Below are positions 37,801 through 51,600 of a DNA stretch of 64,000 nucleotides, piece after piece; the first letter of the stretch is position 1, and each line of letters starts with the position of its first letter. Below the pieces are notes generated by a model that did not search any database, had not been told where the DNA came from, and saw nothing but the letters and a program-made list of their open reading frames with translations. The stretch comes from Ptychomitrium polyphyllum. Lineage: Eukaryota. The stretch spans positions 12,524,001 through 12,588,000 of the forward strand of contig OZ316775.1 of assembly GCA_973851085.1 (NCBI GenBank), read 5' to 3'. The translations under genes and the position numbers were made by a program.

Positions 37801-38670
37801 AGCGAAGAGAAGTTGGCAGAGGAGATACTGGTATCCATGGCTATGAGGACGAGATTCGCCACTTTGCCTCCAGAATCAACGGTGCGAGAGGCAATGTCAG
37901 CCATGGTGCTGGAGAAACAGTGGTGTGTGCTTCTGCTGGACTCAAATCGGCGCCTTTCAGGTCTTTTAACTTTGGCAGATATTCAGCAAGCTGCAGGGAA
38001 TGCTACAAGTGTCAATCTGCAGATGAAGGTTTGATTTTTTTTTCCAGAGAAGAGCCTCTTCTATATGCATGTCGTACTGTCAGCGTCAGTCTGTTCATAA
38101 CCATTTCTTATGGTGTGGAGATCATTACCGTTGCTTTGGACCCCCGACGCCTACTGTACGCCTGCAGCGGTGCGTACTGGGTCTTTGCAATCCTCATTTC
38201 TCTAAAGTAGAATAAGTTATTTTGTTTTTGCAGATAGAAAACAAGCTAGTGTCCACATTATTCAAGAGCAGGCGGCTGCAGCAAGTGGTAACAGCAACAA
38301 AAGACATGAGCTTAAGAGCTGCACAACATCTTATGGCACGGCGTGGATTGAGGCAAATCCCTGTAGTGGATGTTAGCCAACGAGTAGTCGGCCTCTTGGA
38401 CAGAGACTCCATTGCTCTTGCTTGCCGGTTAGAGCTCATTCTTCAATTATCAGTGGATGAGGCTTAGTGAACTGGTTCAACCTTTCACTTCATTGTAGTC
38501 TTAACTGTAAAATACCATGTTCTTAGGTGACAAGCCTTACAGGCATGACACTCGTGCCTGGAACTTGTCGCTGAGGCGTGTGGTTGGTTTGCAGGGCGGA
38601 GGCCACGCGCAGATTGTTGGGTCTTTCCCTTTGTACAACAGCATCGAAGGGCTCTAACGAAGGCCTTTGA
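34852..38670 (+). CDS. CLCe: CLC chloride channel, prokaryote-like CLC-e/f subfamily (closest to thylakoid CLC-e), with C-terminal CBS domains
   Basis: Motifs TLGTGCSLGPEGPSVEIG, AAGSAAGISSGFNAAVAGCFFALESVL, YDFRSPAELPLYLLLG, YPEILYWGFENVD, GLVGGMYAPSLFIGA and GVCQVPLTSVLLLFELTRDY, plus a CBS pair. Long Ser/Arg-rich N-terminal transit-like region. The last exon ends TGA at 38670. Confidence 0.9.
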
Positions 38671-40968
38671 TATTCTTTATTTAGGTCAGACTAGCTGATT
38701 CCGTTGTTTTCCTTATGGGAGCTTTTATACTTCCTTAGCGCTGTCAGGATTTTCTCCTTGGCTATACAAACGTAAGTACTAGATCATGCTATGGGAGAAT
38801 TTAAATCATTGACTTGAATGCTGTTGGACGTTCCAATAGATTAATTGTGGATATCTGAAGCTCAGGATTCTCGCTTATTCTTAGATGCTACCACCCAAGT
38901 TCTGGTACGTTTTTTTCGCATTGTTTTCAAACGTGTTTAGCTTTACCAACCTAGGTACCCTGGAGAGGCATCTGCTGATTTGTCATAGGAAGTCCGACGA
39001 CCTCGCTTCTGAGTTTCTTTATAATCTGTACGAGTGGCAGTCGTGAGATTGTCAGAATATTTTGCCATAACCGCTGTTCAGTTTTGAGTTATGCAGGGGG
39101 CAGTGCGAAGCTTTCGACAATCCACATTAATGGTGACTTCGTTGACAGAGTTTCTTTTTGAAACCCGACATACAGAGCCATGTTATGTTGGAGTGTATCC
39201 TATATTGAGTTGTTTCTACATACCTTAGTCTTATGACAGCGACTGGGACAATGTTTACATAGCTGTTAAATTGAATTTAAATTACACAAGTAGAATTTAT
39301 TTAGGGTTTAGGATACATAAGGCCCAATTTCCTTGCAGAGCCTACCTTCGGGGCCCTCATTAGAAAATACCGTAATCAAGATACAGAAATTTTGCTACTT
39401 ATCTGTTTTTATTATGTGCGGTGTGCTTTGAAAGACAGAACTGTCGAAGTGGGTGTGGATTTGCTTTGTGTTGTATTTTGCAAATCTATGAAGGGTTATT
39501 GAATTCGAAGTACTTTTTACTGCACCTAAATTAAAACCGGAGACCTAATGACAGGTGTGTTTGTTCAATTCATCTTGTAGTTAGAGATTCACAAATTTCA
39601 AGTCACACATAATGCATATACCATTTGAATGTTTGATCATCACAAGGGTATGGAGTGTGCAGGTATGGGTAACGTGACCTCCATTCTTTGCAGATGCATA
39701 GCCACAACTTACTTGAAGGTGCAGCTACTGGCTCACTGAGTGCACATTGGAGGGTCAGAAACTCAGGTGCTTCAAAAGCCTGACAGTAATTCCAGCTGCT
39801 CCGAAGAAACAGTCCGCCGCTTACCCTCAGCTCTGATCAGACCACTTTCAGTGCTAAGCAGGACTTAGGGCAAGGCAGGACCCAGGGCAAGGCAGATCAG
39901 ATTTGAAAACATCCACACCTGAGGCTTTGTCTTGGACGTGCCTAAAAAGAGGGCTGTTTGCATGCTGGGACTCGACCTGCTCTTGTGCTCTTGTGCGATC
40001 CACATTTAGCAAAATCCAACGCAAATTCTCATATGGAGCTCCAGTCCCTCCCCTCTCATTGAATTTCGGCTTTGCCAGCTCTCTTTCCTCCTCTTCAACC
40101 CAATCTGCTATTTATTTTTCCCTTAGCTTTTATAACTCTACATGGCAGCTACACATTTTTGTTAATGAAACAAACCTTTTTTATCCTTGACTTTGAGTGG
40201 TGGTACATTTGGAAGTCAAGTGTTTTGGTGACTTAATCGTCCAAGTCAGGTGACTTCAGGTCTAGAGTGGGTCAGGTGAGAGCATGGGAATAAGCCTTGA
40301 GACATGCCTTTATGCTGAGGAACATGGATTGCTCTGCCACTCTATGATGCAATTATTAATCTAGTGGATGGCTATTGAATGTAGGCTCAAATATGCAATG
40401 GCACAGGCAACAGCTGTAGTCACAAAATGAGGAGCACCCAAGCTATGAGGGTTTGCTCTGAATTTGAGCCTCCATCTTTGATGCATAACTTCTGCATGAC
40501 TCATCATGGCGTGAAACTAATTTTGGACTTGCATAATAAATTCACAAGCTCCATTGACTTGGTAGCCCATGACTTTGAATCTTCCATTTGGATCTAGCTG
40601 TTTCGGTCCATATTCATAGGAGGAAGTAAGAAGAGAAGTATTATGTAGGCAGACTATGTGAGAGACTTGGAGGCATTAGCGTTTAATGAAATCGACAAAG
40701 AAAAGGGAAATGGAAATTCTCAGTTCTCTGGGTGCTGGTAATTATAGAACTGTTGCTCCATTATTTAAGTTCTACACTGTCATCATTTGTCACCAAAACA
40801 CTAGTCTAAAACATTTGTCAGGTTGCCTATGGCTAAAATCTTGTCCTTTTTGAATAGACAGAAGGATGGAGGGTCAATCTCAACATCATTTGTGAACAAG
40901 TTCGTGTTAAAGAATAATTACATTCTGAACATTTCTTTTATATTTCATCCAAAGTTGTTATTAAATGA

Positions 40969-41053
40969 CTACTACGCAGAAAGAAGTGTAACATGGATTA
41001 CTATGCAGAAAGAAGTATAACATGGGTTCCTACACAGAAAGAAGTATAACATG
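40969..41053. repeat. ~29-bp tandem repeat, 3 copies
   Basis: ctactacgcagaaagaagtgtaacatgga / ttactatgcagaaagaagtataacatggg / ttcctacacagaaagaagtataacatga. Confidence 0.85.
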
Positions 41054-42947
41054 ATATGTACGTTGGTGTTGTTTAAAAGAAACAATGAAATATTGTGGGA
41101 TGCAATCAAGAGGGGCTTGTGCACTAGATTGGAAATTTTATTTTATTTTCTTTATTTTTTATCTTTTTTCTTTACAAAGACTTTGTGACATATTAGTTAG
41201 TATCTATATCCTATGTATTGTACAAATGGAAATTGTGATACACAATAAATATGATGTCGTAACTATTATAAAATTTGCAGTCAATAAAATTATATCAAAA
41301 AGACATCATAAATAAGTCTTCAAGGAACAAAGAAAAAATCATAAAGATAGTCAAGCTATCTCTCACTCTACAAAAATAAAATTCAAGAATGGAAGTTTCA
41401 GAAAAAGTCTAAAGCTTTGATAAATGATTGTACCACAATCTTTAAAAAAAAACCTAACAAAATCTTTTAATTTTCAAAACAACACTTACAAAACCTAACT
41501 TGGCAAAAAATGTTGAGCCAAAAGAATTTATCCATTTAACACTTATGAGCTATAAAAATCAGTTCATCATAATTTTTCTTTTTAAAAAATGACAAAAATT
41601 GATGTTATAGAAGGAATTTAGCTTAATTAAGGCAAAGAGCTTAAATTATAGTTGTTATTCAAGGAATTATAGGAAAATTAGGCAGATGCTTATGGTCCAT
41701 GATAGTTAAGGCCAATAAAATGATAGAATTATAAAATAGTAGATGGTTTCCACAATTTAGATAAATTAATAATTAAAAGCTGATTAGCCAAAGGTGTAAT
41801 TTTAGTATTTAGACTAGTAGCTAAATTTAGCATAATAGCTAAAATCTAGGATAGAAGCTAAGCTTAGAACCAATAGTTGTATTTAGAATTATAGTCAAAA
41901 TCTATGAAAATAATTAAATTTGGAATATAGCTAAAATCAAAGAAGCAATTATATTTAGAAGAAGTTAAGACAAGAGCTAGGATTAAAAGGCCTAGGAAAT
42001 TTTAGCACTTGGAAAAATTGGCAATTGGAGAAGAAAAACCATATAAAAGAAGAAAAGAAGATAATGTATGAGAATTTTTTTGAACAATAGGAGGAATTAA
42101 ATATTCAACAATTAGAGAATTTTTTCTAAAATAAGGCGGTTAGATTTTTTTTGCAAGAGTATCAATGGATGGAAGAAAGAGAGGAAGAAAAATCTTTTGG
42201 AGAAAATTAGGAATAGAGCAACTTAAGCCAAAGCAAGCAAGGAAACAAGAATGAACATTTGTAGTAAAAAGAAACAATTACAGCAGCTTGGATTTTGGAA
42301 AGTAGGGAACAATAAAAATAATTGGATAAGAATAGGACAAGAAGATGCAAGATCCACAACAACTAGATGTGACGCCACTATTGTTGGGACTAGGGACAGC
42401 ATGGACTGTGACTACAATATGATTCCGTGAAACATGACAATTATGACAAAAAAAGAATAGGTGCTCTTTACGTACTTAGACAACCAGCCAGATATATTAA
42501 TCCAAATGTATAAAGACAAAACAATGCGGATGCGATACAACAGCTTGCTGGAAAAATTTGAGTTATTAGAGATCTTGCTGGTGCCATGCAGCATGCCGCA
42601 GATCACACTGTGCTTTGACATGGACCCAAATTGGATCTCAAATGTATCAATGTAGACCAAAACATCAAGGCAAAAGAATAAGATTATGATTACAAACAAC
42701 AATGGGCAACTGTCGAAGGATGAGAGCAAGAAGATGGTGTAAGAGGGCGGGAATCTAGATTGACGTCTAAGCCTAAAAAAATTATTTGTGTGAAGACTCG
42801 TGTGGTGATGCTGCAAGAAATCTGCGACTTTAGGTGAAGCATGGTGGCGCACTAGGCAATTAAGGAGCAATAGAGTAATTCCTTGCGGTAGTGCGAGGCG
42901 TCGTTTCTACAAATTTTAGAAGCAACATAAGCTACAATGTTTGAGAA

Positions 42948-43900
42948 ACTAATCAAACCATACCTCGTTAATATCAAGATTATACAGACGTTTTTGAAAG
43001 AATAATGCGGACATGTTACCAAAGCATGAGCCTTATAATTGTGCAATTGAGTTGCAAAAAGGACCCCAACCACCTTTTAGACCTATCTATAATCTATCAC
43101 AAACCAAGTTGACTGCCTTGAAAGAATATATTGATGAAAACCTTGGAAAGGGCTTCATTCAACATTCTAAATCTTCTCCTCAAGCATCCATCCTATTAAA
43201 GAAGATGGATGGATCATTATATATGTACGTGGACTATCAAATCATCAAAAAAGTGACCAAGAAGGATTGCTATTCATTATAATTAATATCAGGACTTTTA
43301 CAGCAACTTGGCCAAACATAGATATTCACCAAAATTGATCTTAGAAGAGCCTACAATCTTGTATGCATCAAAGAAAGAAATGAATGGAAGAAATTTTTTG
43401 ATCCAGGTATGGTCATTTTGAATATAATGTCATGCCTTTAGACCTTATTAATGCCCTTGCAATCTTCCAACACATGATGAACAATATCTTTCATGAACAC
43501 TTGGAAAATTTTATAGGCATCTACTTGAATGACATTTTGATATATTCAAAGAATCAACAAGACCACGAATGTTATGTGCGCTTGATCTTAGAAAAACTAT
43601 GCCAGCAAGGATTATATGCCAAATTAAAGAAGTGCCTTTTCCAAAAATCTTTGGTTGAAGTTTTAGACTACATCATTTCCAAAAAAAAAATCCATATGGA
43701 CGAGAAGATAATAAGCACTATCATGGATTGGAGTACACCAAGATTAATTTGAGATGTTCAATGCTTCTTGGAAATTGCAAACTTCTACAAAATATTCTCC
43801 AAGGATTTTCCCAAGATTGATGCAGTATTGATTCGTCTTACCGGGAAGCAAAAATTTCATTAAGAATAAAGAGGCGGAAAGTGCATTTTAAGGTCTTAAG
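42948..43900 (+). mobile_element. Degraded Ty3/Gypsy pol (RT) fragment, cut at 43900 by insertion of a same-family element
   Basis: LPKHEPYNCAIEL...[15 protein letters not shown]...YLNDILIYSK (YLDD equivalent), with several stops. Confidence 0.9.
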
Positions 43901-46900
43901 TGTCATAGACATAGATCATACAAACTAGTGTTTAGAACCTTCTAGAACCTTCTAATATATCATAGTAGCTTCTTAGAATACTTTCAAATGTCTCCAAAGT
44001 CATTTATACGTTTCTGGAAAATCTCCTATGAAGGTTTAGCCACCTCAGATAACTTCCTAGAAAGGTTTCAATTCATTAGGAAAACGTCCTAAGAAAGTTC
44101 TACCACCTTGAGAAATTACTAGGAAAGGTTCCAATTCTTTGGAAGCTTCTTAAGAACGTTCCAATATCTTAGAAAAACTTCTAGGGAAGGTTCCATAGAC
44201 TTTTAGAACATTCTTAAGCCTTGTAGGAAGCTTCTTTAAAAATAAAATGGCTGAACCTTCATAGGAGGTCTGGCAAGACTATTCTTCATCTTTGTCAGCA
44301 CTAAGGTTCTTTAAAGAAGATTGTAGATTATCCATCTTCTTTAGGATTCCACAATGTCTTTGAGGTTGCGGCTTACCTAATTTTAAATTAACTAGATCTA
44401 AAATTGGTTGATTCTTCTAAAATCAAGTACTATTTCTTTTGAAGAAGTATCAATCTTTTAAAAGATATCAACTACCTTCCTTTGAAGGTATTCATAATCT
44501 TCTTGTCTTTGACAATCTTAAGAAATGGATAATATGCCTGGAACATCTCAAAAAAAGATTTGCAACTATTGCAGACCTTCATGAGTTATTAAACATAGTT
44601 CAAACGGAAGTCTCTAGCTTCAATACTACCAACAGATTACAGCAGCATACTTATCAAGCCAAAAAATCCAATGGTGATATTCAAAGTTTATATCAAGAGG
44701 TTGTGTAATTATAAGAGGCCAATATTGGAAGAGAAGGCTTACGTAAAATCCATGTAGAGCCAAAGATTAGCATGCCTAATAAGCTTGATCGATCAAGATC
44801 AAAGTTAAGAGGCTTTGTTCAACAAGTAAGTTTCTTTCTTAATTTGTATCAATCTTGCTATCTTGATGGCACAACTCAAGTGGAATTTATAGCCACTCTT
44901 TTATCAAACAACGCACTATTGTGGTTTGCATCCTTAATGGAAAAGCAGTCACCATTGTTGAACAACTTAGATGCTTTTATAGAAGCATTGGCATCTACTT
45001 TTGAAAACACTAATTGAGAGAAGGTGGCTGAAACAAGGATCTAGAGTCTACAACAAAAACAGCACTCAGCTGCTACATATGCTACAGAGTTTCAACAACT
45101 AACTTGCGACCTCGATTAGAATGATAAGGCCTTGGTCACACAATTCCAATGAAGCTTAAGAAATAATGTGAAGGACTTGCTACTTACAGTGCCAAGAATT
45201 GAAACATTGAACGAATTCATCACTCAAGCAATAGCATGTGACAATAATCTATTTGAGAGGCGCCAAGAATAATGCTTGGAATGGCGACCAGTACATCAAA
45301 GTATGGCAATTACTTCTTCAAAAGTGTTGAAAAGCTGACCAAAAGAACCAAAACCTATGCAAATTAATGCTGCCCAATTTAGACGTTTGGTTCCAAAAGA
45401 AAAAGAAAGGCGTCAAAGAGAAAACCTATGTTTGTATTGTGGCAAATCTGGACATAAAGTGCACGATTGCCAAATCAAAGGATCTGCCTTTAAGGCTCAA
45501 AGCACAATGGTGGAGTTGGAAAACGAGGCTATTCAGTCACAATAGGGACCATGCGATTGGACACTACAAGGAAACCACCATCAAATCAAGGTCTCTTATT
45601 ACCTTCAAGCCCTACCTCTTGTTTTACATTTCCTATCAAAATTAAATTGTTAGATGATGAAATAGTTAGTGAAGCTCTTTTAGACACTGATGCAACGATA
45701 TGTTTCATGAATAAGAATTTTGCAATCAAACATCACATAGTGCTTATGAACAAAAAATTTCCCGCACTTGTTGAAGATATTAATGGACGACCTATCGCAT
45801 CTAGCAAAGTTACTTAAGAAACTCAACCCTTGCAGATTGTTTTGGGCGACAAAGCATCTAAGATTGTTTTCAACATCATTCATTGCCAAATAAATTCTAT
45901 TATCTTGGACCTTTCTTGGTTTGAATTACATAATTCAGACATTGAGTGGTGTCACGGAGTGTAGTCTTAAGGAAAAGCCGTCAAGATACAAAAAATCTTG
46001 GACCATCATTTATTGGAGCTAAAGCATTCATGAAAGCGGCAAAAGATGAATCAATCAATGCCATTTATGCCACATCAATGTCCCGCTCAATAATAGACAA
46101 TAAACAAAGCATACCTCGTCAATATCAAGATTATAAAAACGTTTTTGAGAAGAAAAATGCAGATATATTACCTAAGCGCCGGCCTTACAATTGTACCATT
46201 GAGTTGTTAGTAGGAGCCCAACCACTTTTTGGACCTATTTATAACTTATCACAAAATGAGTTGACCGTCTTGAGAAAATATATTGATGAAAACCTCGGAA
46301 AGGGCTTCATTCAATATTCTAAATCACTTGCTGGAGCATCCATTCTATTTATAAAGAAGAAAGATGGACCATTATGTATGTGCATGAACTATCCACGCCT
46401 CAATAAAGTGAGCTAGAAGAATTGTTATCCATTACTATTAATCTCAAGACTTCTACAGCAACTTGGACAAGCAAAGATATTTACCAAATTAGATCTTATG
46501 AGAGCTTACAATCTTGTACGTATTAAAGAAGGAAATGAATGGAAGATAACTTTCCATTTTAAGTATGGCCACTTTGAGTACAATGTCATGCCTTTTGGCC
46601 TTACTAATGTCCTTGCAGTCTTCCAGCACATGATGAACAATATCTTTCATGAACACTTGGACAATTTTGTAGTCATTTACTTGGATGATATTTTGATATG
46701 TTCAAAGAATAAACAAGACTACAAATGTCATGTGTGCATGATCTTAGAAAAGCTATGCCAGCAAGGATTATATGCCAAATTGGAAAAGTGCCTCTTTCAT
46801 GAATCTTTAGTTGAAGTTTTAAGCTATATCATTTTTAAAGGAGGAATCTATATGGATGAGAAGAAAATAAGTATTGTCATGGAGTGGAGTAGGCCATGAT

Positions 46901-47022
46901 CAATTTGAAATGTTCAATGCTTTTTGGAAATTGCTAACTTTTAAAAAATATTCATCAAGGAATATTTCAAAATTGCGGCACTATTGACACGTCTTATGGG
47001 GATGAAAAATCTCACTTGGAAT
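43901..47022 (+). mobile_element. Truncated Ty3/Gypsy chromovirus copy: partial 5' LTR, PBS, gag, protease and RT
   Basis: Starts TGTCATAGACATAGATCAT, like the LTRs at 48030 and 54072. The gag has a CLYCGKSGHKVHDC zinc knuckle, the protease has LLDTDAT and the RT has YLDDILI. There are many stops, and the copy ends within RT. Confidence 0.9.
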
Positions 47023-48029
47023 GGAGACTCTATCATGCTGTACATAGTTACTTGACTTAAAACTTAGCTAATATGTTTTATTTTGTGGATTTTGATTTAT
47101 TGTGTTTTAAAAAGGAGTATCAAGATGGAATGAGAAGTTAGGTGAAAAGGATTGTGGTAAAACAACAATTTTGAGTGTCTTGGAGGTAGAATTGCATTTT
47201 GTCTTAACTCAGGTGAAGGCGCCGGTTGACTAGCAAGTGTCGCCATTCTAGTCAACAAATTTAAGGAGAATTGAACTCGGACCGCTTCTGCAGCTAAACT
47301 TTATCTAGTTAACCAAGTTTGTGGCTTGGTATTTAATTCTATCTCAACAGTGACTTTATATTCAATGAACTTCAATCTATTACCTGTTTTTTTCCTTTTA
47401 TTTTAGTTTTATTTTCCTACTTTAAATTTGTGAGGATTGGTTTTGCCTTCTATTGTAGTTTTGAACCTAGAAGCTTCAACCAAAGGACAGAAAAGAAAGA
47501 AAAGCAAAAAATAAAGATTTAGATTGTTTTTTATTTGAAGATATGGTAAGATAAGGGCTTGATAAAGGAGATTAGGGGCTGATGTGGAGATATAAGGCTA
47601 ATGTAGAGTGATAAAAGGTGAATGTAGCAGTTTGACCACCACCCTCTTTTATTCTCTTGGCCTCTTTTACTTGTTACTTAAGGCAGTCCTTTCTTTGACC
47701 ATATTTCATAGCTTACTTCTTAGTTTGAGTTCTTTTTGTTGTCTTTTCTTAATTTCTTTGTTAGCTCTTCAAAATGATATTACACGCTTCATTTGGAATT
47801 AATATGTGACCGTGGCTCTTGTTTGAGTGAAGTTAAGTCAACTACCTTGAGTTTCATGGAGCAGTTGCTTTGGATGCTTATAACTTCTTGAGTAATTAGA
47901 AATTGATAATGAAATTTGCAAGATAATAATTTGATCAATTCAAAATGATATTCTAAAACTTTGAAAAAAAAAAAAACTTATATAGTGAAAGATATAAACA
48001 AAAATGTAGCTAGGACTTTGAGAGCTATA

Positions 48030-48672
48030 TGTCACGGATATAGATCATGCAACATAGTCCTTAGAACATTCTAGAACCTTCTAGGATACTATGATAGCTT
48101 CTTTGAATACTTTTAGATGTCTTTATAGTCTTTCCATGTTCTTAGGAAGCTTCCTAGAAAAGTCCCCCACTTTAAGAAACTTCCTAGGAAGGTTCCATCA
48201 TCTTAGGCAGCTTCATAGGAAACTTCCTTGGAAGGTTCCATCATCTTTGGAAACTTCCTAGGAAGGTTCTACTTCTTTAAAAAACTTCATATGGGATTCC
48301 ATCATCTTAGGAAATTTCCTAGGAAGGTTCTACTTCTTTAGGAAACTTCCAAGGAAGATTCCAACTCCTTGGAAGACTCTTAGGAAGGTTCCAACATTTT
48401 AGGAAACTTCTTGGGAAGGTTCCCTAGACTTCCAGAACATTCTTAAGCCTTGTAGGAAGCTTCTTTAGAAGTATTCTAGGAGATACAAACGTCATAGTAT
48501 AAATAGGAGGTGAGACAAGGTATTCCTTAGTCTTGCCAACACAAGTTGTGGATCATCTTGAATCCTGCCTTGTTCTAGTCTTTGTATCAAATTCTTGTTA
48601 ATCATTAGCTCTTTGGAAGCTAATTCTTGGGAAACACTTCGTTTCTGCTTCTTGTTTCTTGTATCCCTAACA
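48030..48672 (+). repeat. 5' LTR with internal tandem AAACTTCCTAGGAAGGTTCC-like units and a TATA box at 48498
   Basis: Direct repeat of 54072-54610; TGTCA...TAACA termini. Confidence 0.95.
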
Positions 48673-51600
48673 ATTTGGTAAGATTACTCTTCATCTCTGT
48701 CAAAGACTAAGGTTCTTTGAAGAAGATTGTGGATTACCCATCTTCTTTAGGATTCCATAGCGTCAAAGAGGTTGCGGATTACCCTCCTCTAAGCTGCCAC
48801 CATAGAGTTGGTTTCTCCTTCTCGAACCAAGTATTACTTCTTTCAAAGAACGTGGATTTTCCTCCTTCAAAGGTACTCATAGTCTTTCTGTCTTTGAGAG
48901 TCTTAAGGTATGGATAATGTGCCTGAAACATCAGAGAAAAGCTTTGCAACTATTGCAGACCTTCAAGAATTATTAAACACAGTTCGAACGGAACTTGCCC
49001 GTTTTAATACCACCAACAATTTGGAACAATATACTTGGCAAGCTAAAGAATCCAATGGTGATATTCAAAGCCTATATCAAGAGGTTGTTTGATTGCGAGA
49101 GGCCAATATTGGAAGGGAAGGCTTACGTCAAACCCATGCACAGCCAAAGATTAACATGCCAGACAAGTTTGATGGATCACAATCAAAATTGAGAAGCTTT
49201 GTTCAACAAGTAAGGCTCTTCCTTAGTTTGCATCAATCTCGCTATCTTGATGGCACAACTCAAGTGGGATTTGTGGCCACTCTTTTATCAAACAATGCAC
49301 TATCGTGGTTTGCACCCCTAATGGAGAAGCAGTCACCATTATTGAAGAACTTAGATGCTTTTATTGAAGCATTAACATCTACTTTTGGAGACACCAACCG
49401 AGAGAAGGTGGTTGAAACAAGGATCTAGAGTCTCCAGCAAGGACAGCGCTCAGCTGCTACATATGCTGCAGAGTTTTGACAATTAGCTTGCGACCTTGAT
49501 TGGAATGATAAAGCCTTGGTCACACGATTTTGATGGGGCTTAAGAGAGAATTTCAAGGATATGCTACTCACAATGCCAGGAGTAAAAACATTGGACGAAT
49601 TCATCACTTAGGCAATAGCATGTGACAACAAATTATTTGAGAGGCGCCAAGAACAACGCTTGGGATGGCGACCAGTACATCAAAGCATGGCTACCACTTC
49701 TAAAAGAATATTGAATAATCGACCACAATGACCAGAATCTATGCAAATTGATGCTGCCCAGTTCAGACGCTTGACTCCAAAAGAAAAAGAAAGGCGTCGA
49801 AGAGAAAACCTATGTTTGTATTGTGGCAAGTCTGGACATAAAGTGCGCAATTGCCAAATCAAAGGATCTGCCTTTAAGACTCAAAGCACAATGGTGGAGT
49901 TGGAAAACGAGGCTGTCCAATCACAGTAGGGACCATGCAATTGGACACCAGAAGGAAACCACCATCAAATCAAGGTCTCTTACTACCTTCAAATCCTATC
50001 TCTTGTTTTACATTTCCTATCAAAATTAAATTGTTAGATGATGAAATAATTAGTGAGGCTCTTTTTAGACACTAGTGCAACGGCATGTTTTATGGACAAG
50101 GACTTTGCAACCAAACATCACATGGTGCTTGTGAAGAAAAAATACCTCGCACCTGTTGAAGTTATTGATGGACAATGTCTTGCATCTGGCAACGTTATTG
50201 AAGAAACTCAACCTTTGGAGGTTGTTTTAGGAGACCAAGCATCTAAGATTGTTTTCAACATCATTCAATGCCAAACGAATCCTTTTATTTTGGACCTTCC
50301 TTGATTTGAATCACATAATCCAAACATTGACTCGCGCTCACGGAGTGTGGTCTCAAGGAAAAGATGTCAAGGTACGAGAAATCTTGGACCATCATTTATT
50401 GGAGCTAAGGGATTTATGAGAGCGGCAAATGATGAACCAATCTATGCCATTTATGCCACACCAATGTCTAGCTCTACAATAGAGACTAATCAAAACATAC
50501 CTCGTCAATATCAAGATTATAAAGACGTTTTTGAAAAGAAGAATGCGGACATGTTACTAAAGCACCGGCCTTACGATTGTACCATTGAGTTGCAAGAAGG
50601 AGCCCAACCACCTTTTGGATCTATTTATAACTTATTACAAATTGAATTGGCTGCCTTGAGAGAATATATTGATGAAAACCTTGGAAAGGGTTTCATTCAA
50701 CATTCTAAATCACCTGCTGGAGCACCCATTCTATTTGTAAAGAAGAAAGATGGATCATTACGTATGTGCGTGGACTATCAAGGCCTCAACAAAGTAACAA
50801 AAAAGAATCGCTATCCATCACCATTAATCTCAAGACTTGTACAACAACTTGGCCAAGCAAAGATATTCACCAAAATTGATCTTAGAGGAGCCTACAATCT
50901 TGTACGCATCAAAGAAGGAGATGAATGGAAGACAGCCTTTCGATCTAAGTATGGTCATTTTGAATATAATGTCATGCCTTTCGACCTTACTAATGCCTTT
51001 CCCAATCTTCCAACATATGATAAATGATATCTTCCATGAATATCTGGATGATTTTATAGTCATCCACTTAGATGATATTTTGATATATTCAAAAAATGAA
51101 CAAGACCACAAATATCATGTGCAAGTGGTCTTAGAAAAACTATGCCAGCGAGGATTATATGCCAAATTGGAGAAGTGCCTTTTCCATGAATCCTCGGTTG
51201 AATTTTTAGGCTACATCATTTCCAAAGGAGGAATCCATATGGATAAGAAAAAAATAAGCACTGTCATGGAGTGGAGTACGCCAAGATCAATTTGAGATGT
51301 TCAATGCTTCTTGGGATTTGCAAACTTTTAGAGAATATTCATCAAGAATTATTCCAAGATTGCGGCACCATTAACACGTCTTACGGGGAAGCAAAAATTC
51401 ATTTGGGATGAAGAAGCGGAAAAAACATTTCAAAGTCTTAAGAAGTCATTTACATCGGCTCCAATCCTTATTCATCCAAATCCATCAAAGCCTTTTTATT
51501 TGGAAGCGGATGCCTCAGATTTTGCGCTTGGCTAAGTACTCTCACAATATGATGAAGACGGAAGACTTCACCCTCTTGCTTTTCGTTCAAGGAAGTTCTC

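Noticed and set aside
39856..40111. Minus-strand open stretch (IADWVEEEERELAKPKFNE...)
   Set aside because: It looks vaguely coding but has no start codon, partner exons or recognisable homology.
42350..42940. Possible gag remnant of another retroelement
   Set aside because: Too degraded to assign any motif by eye.
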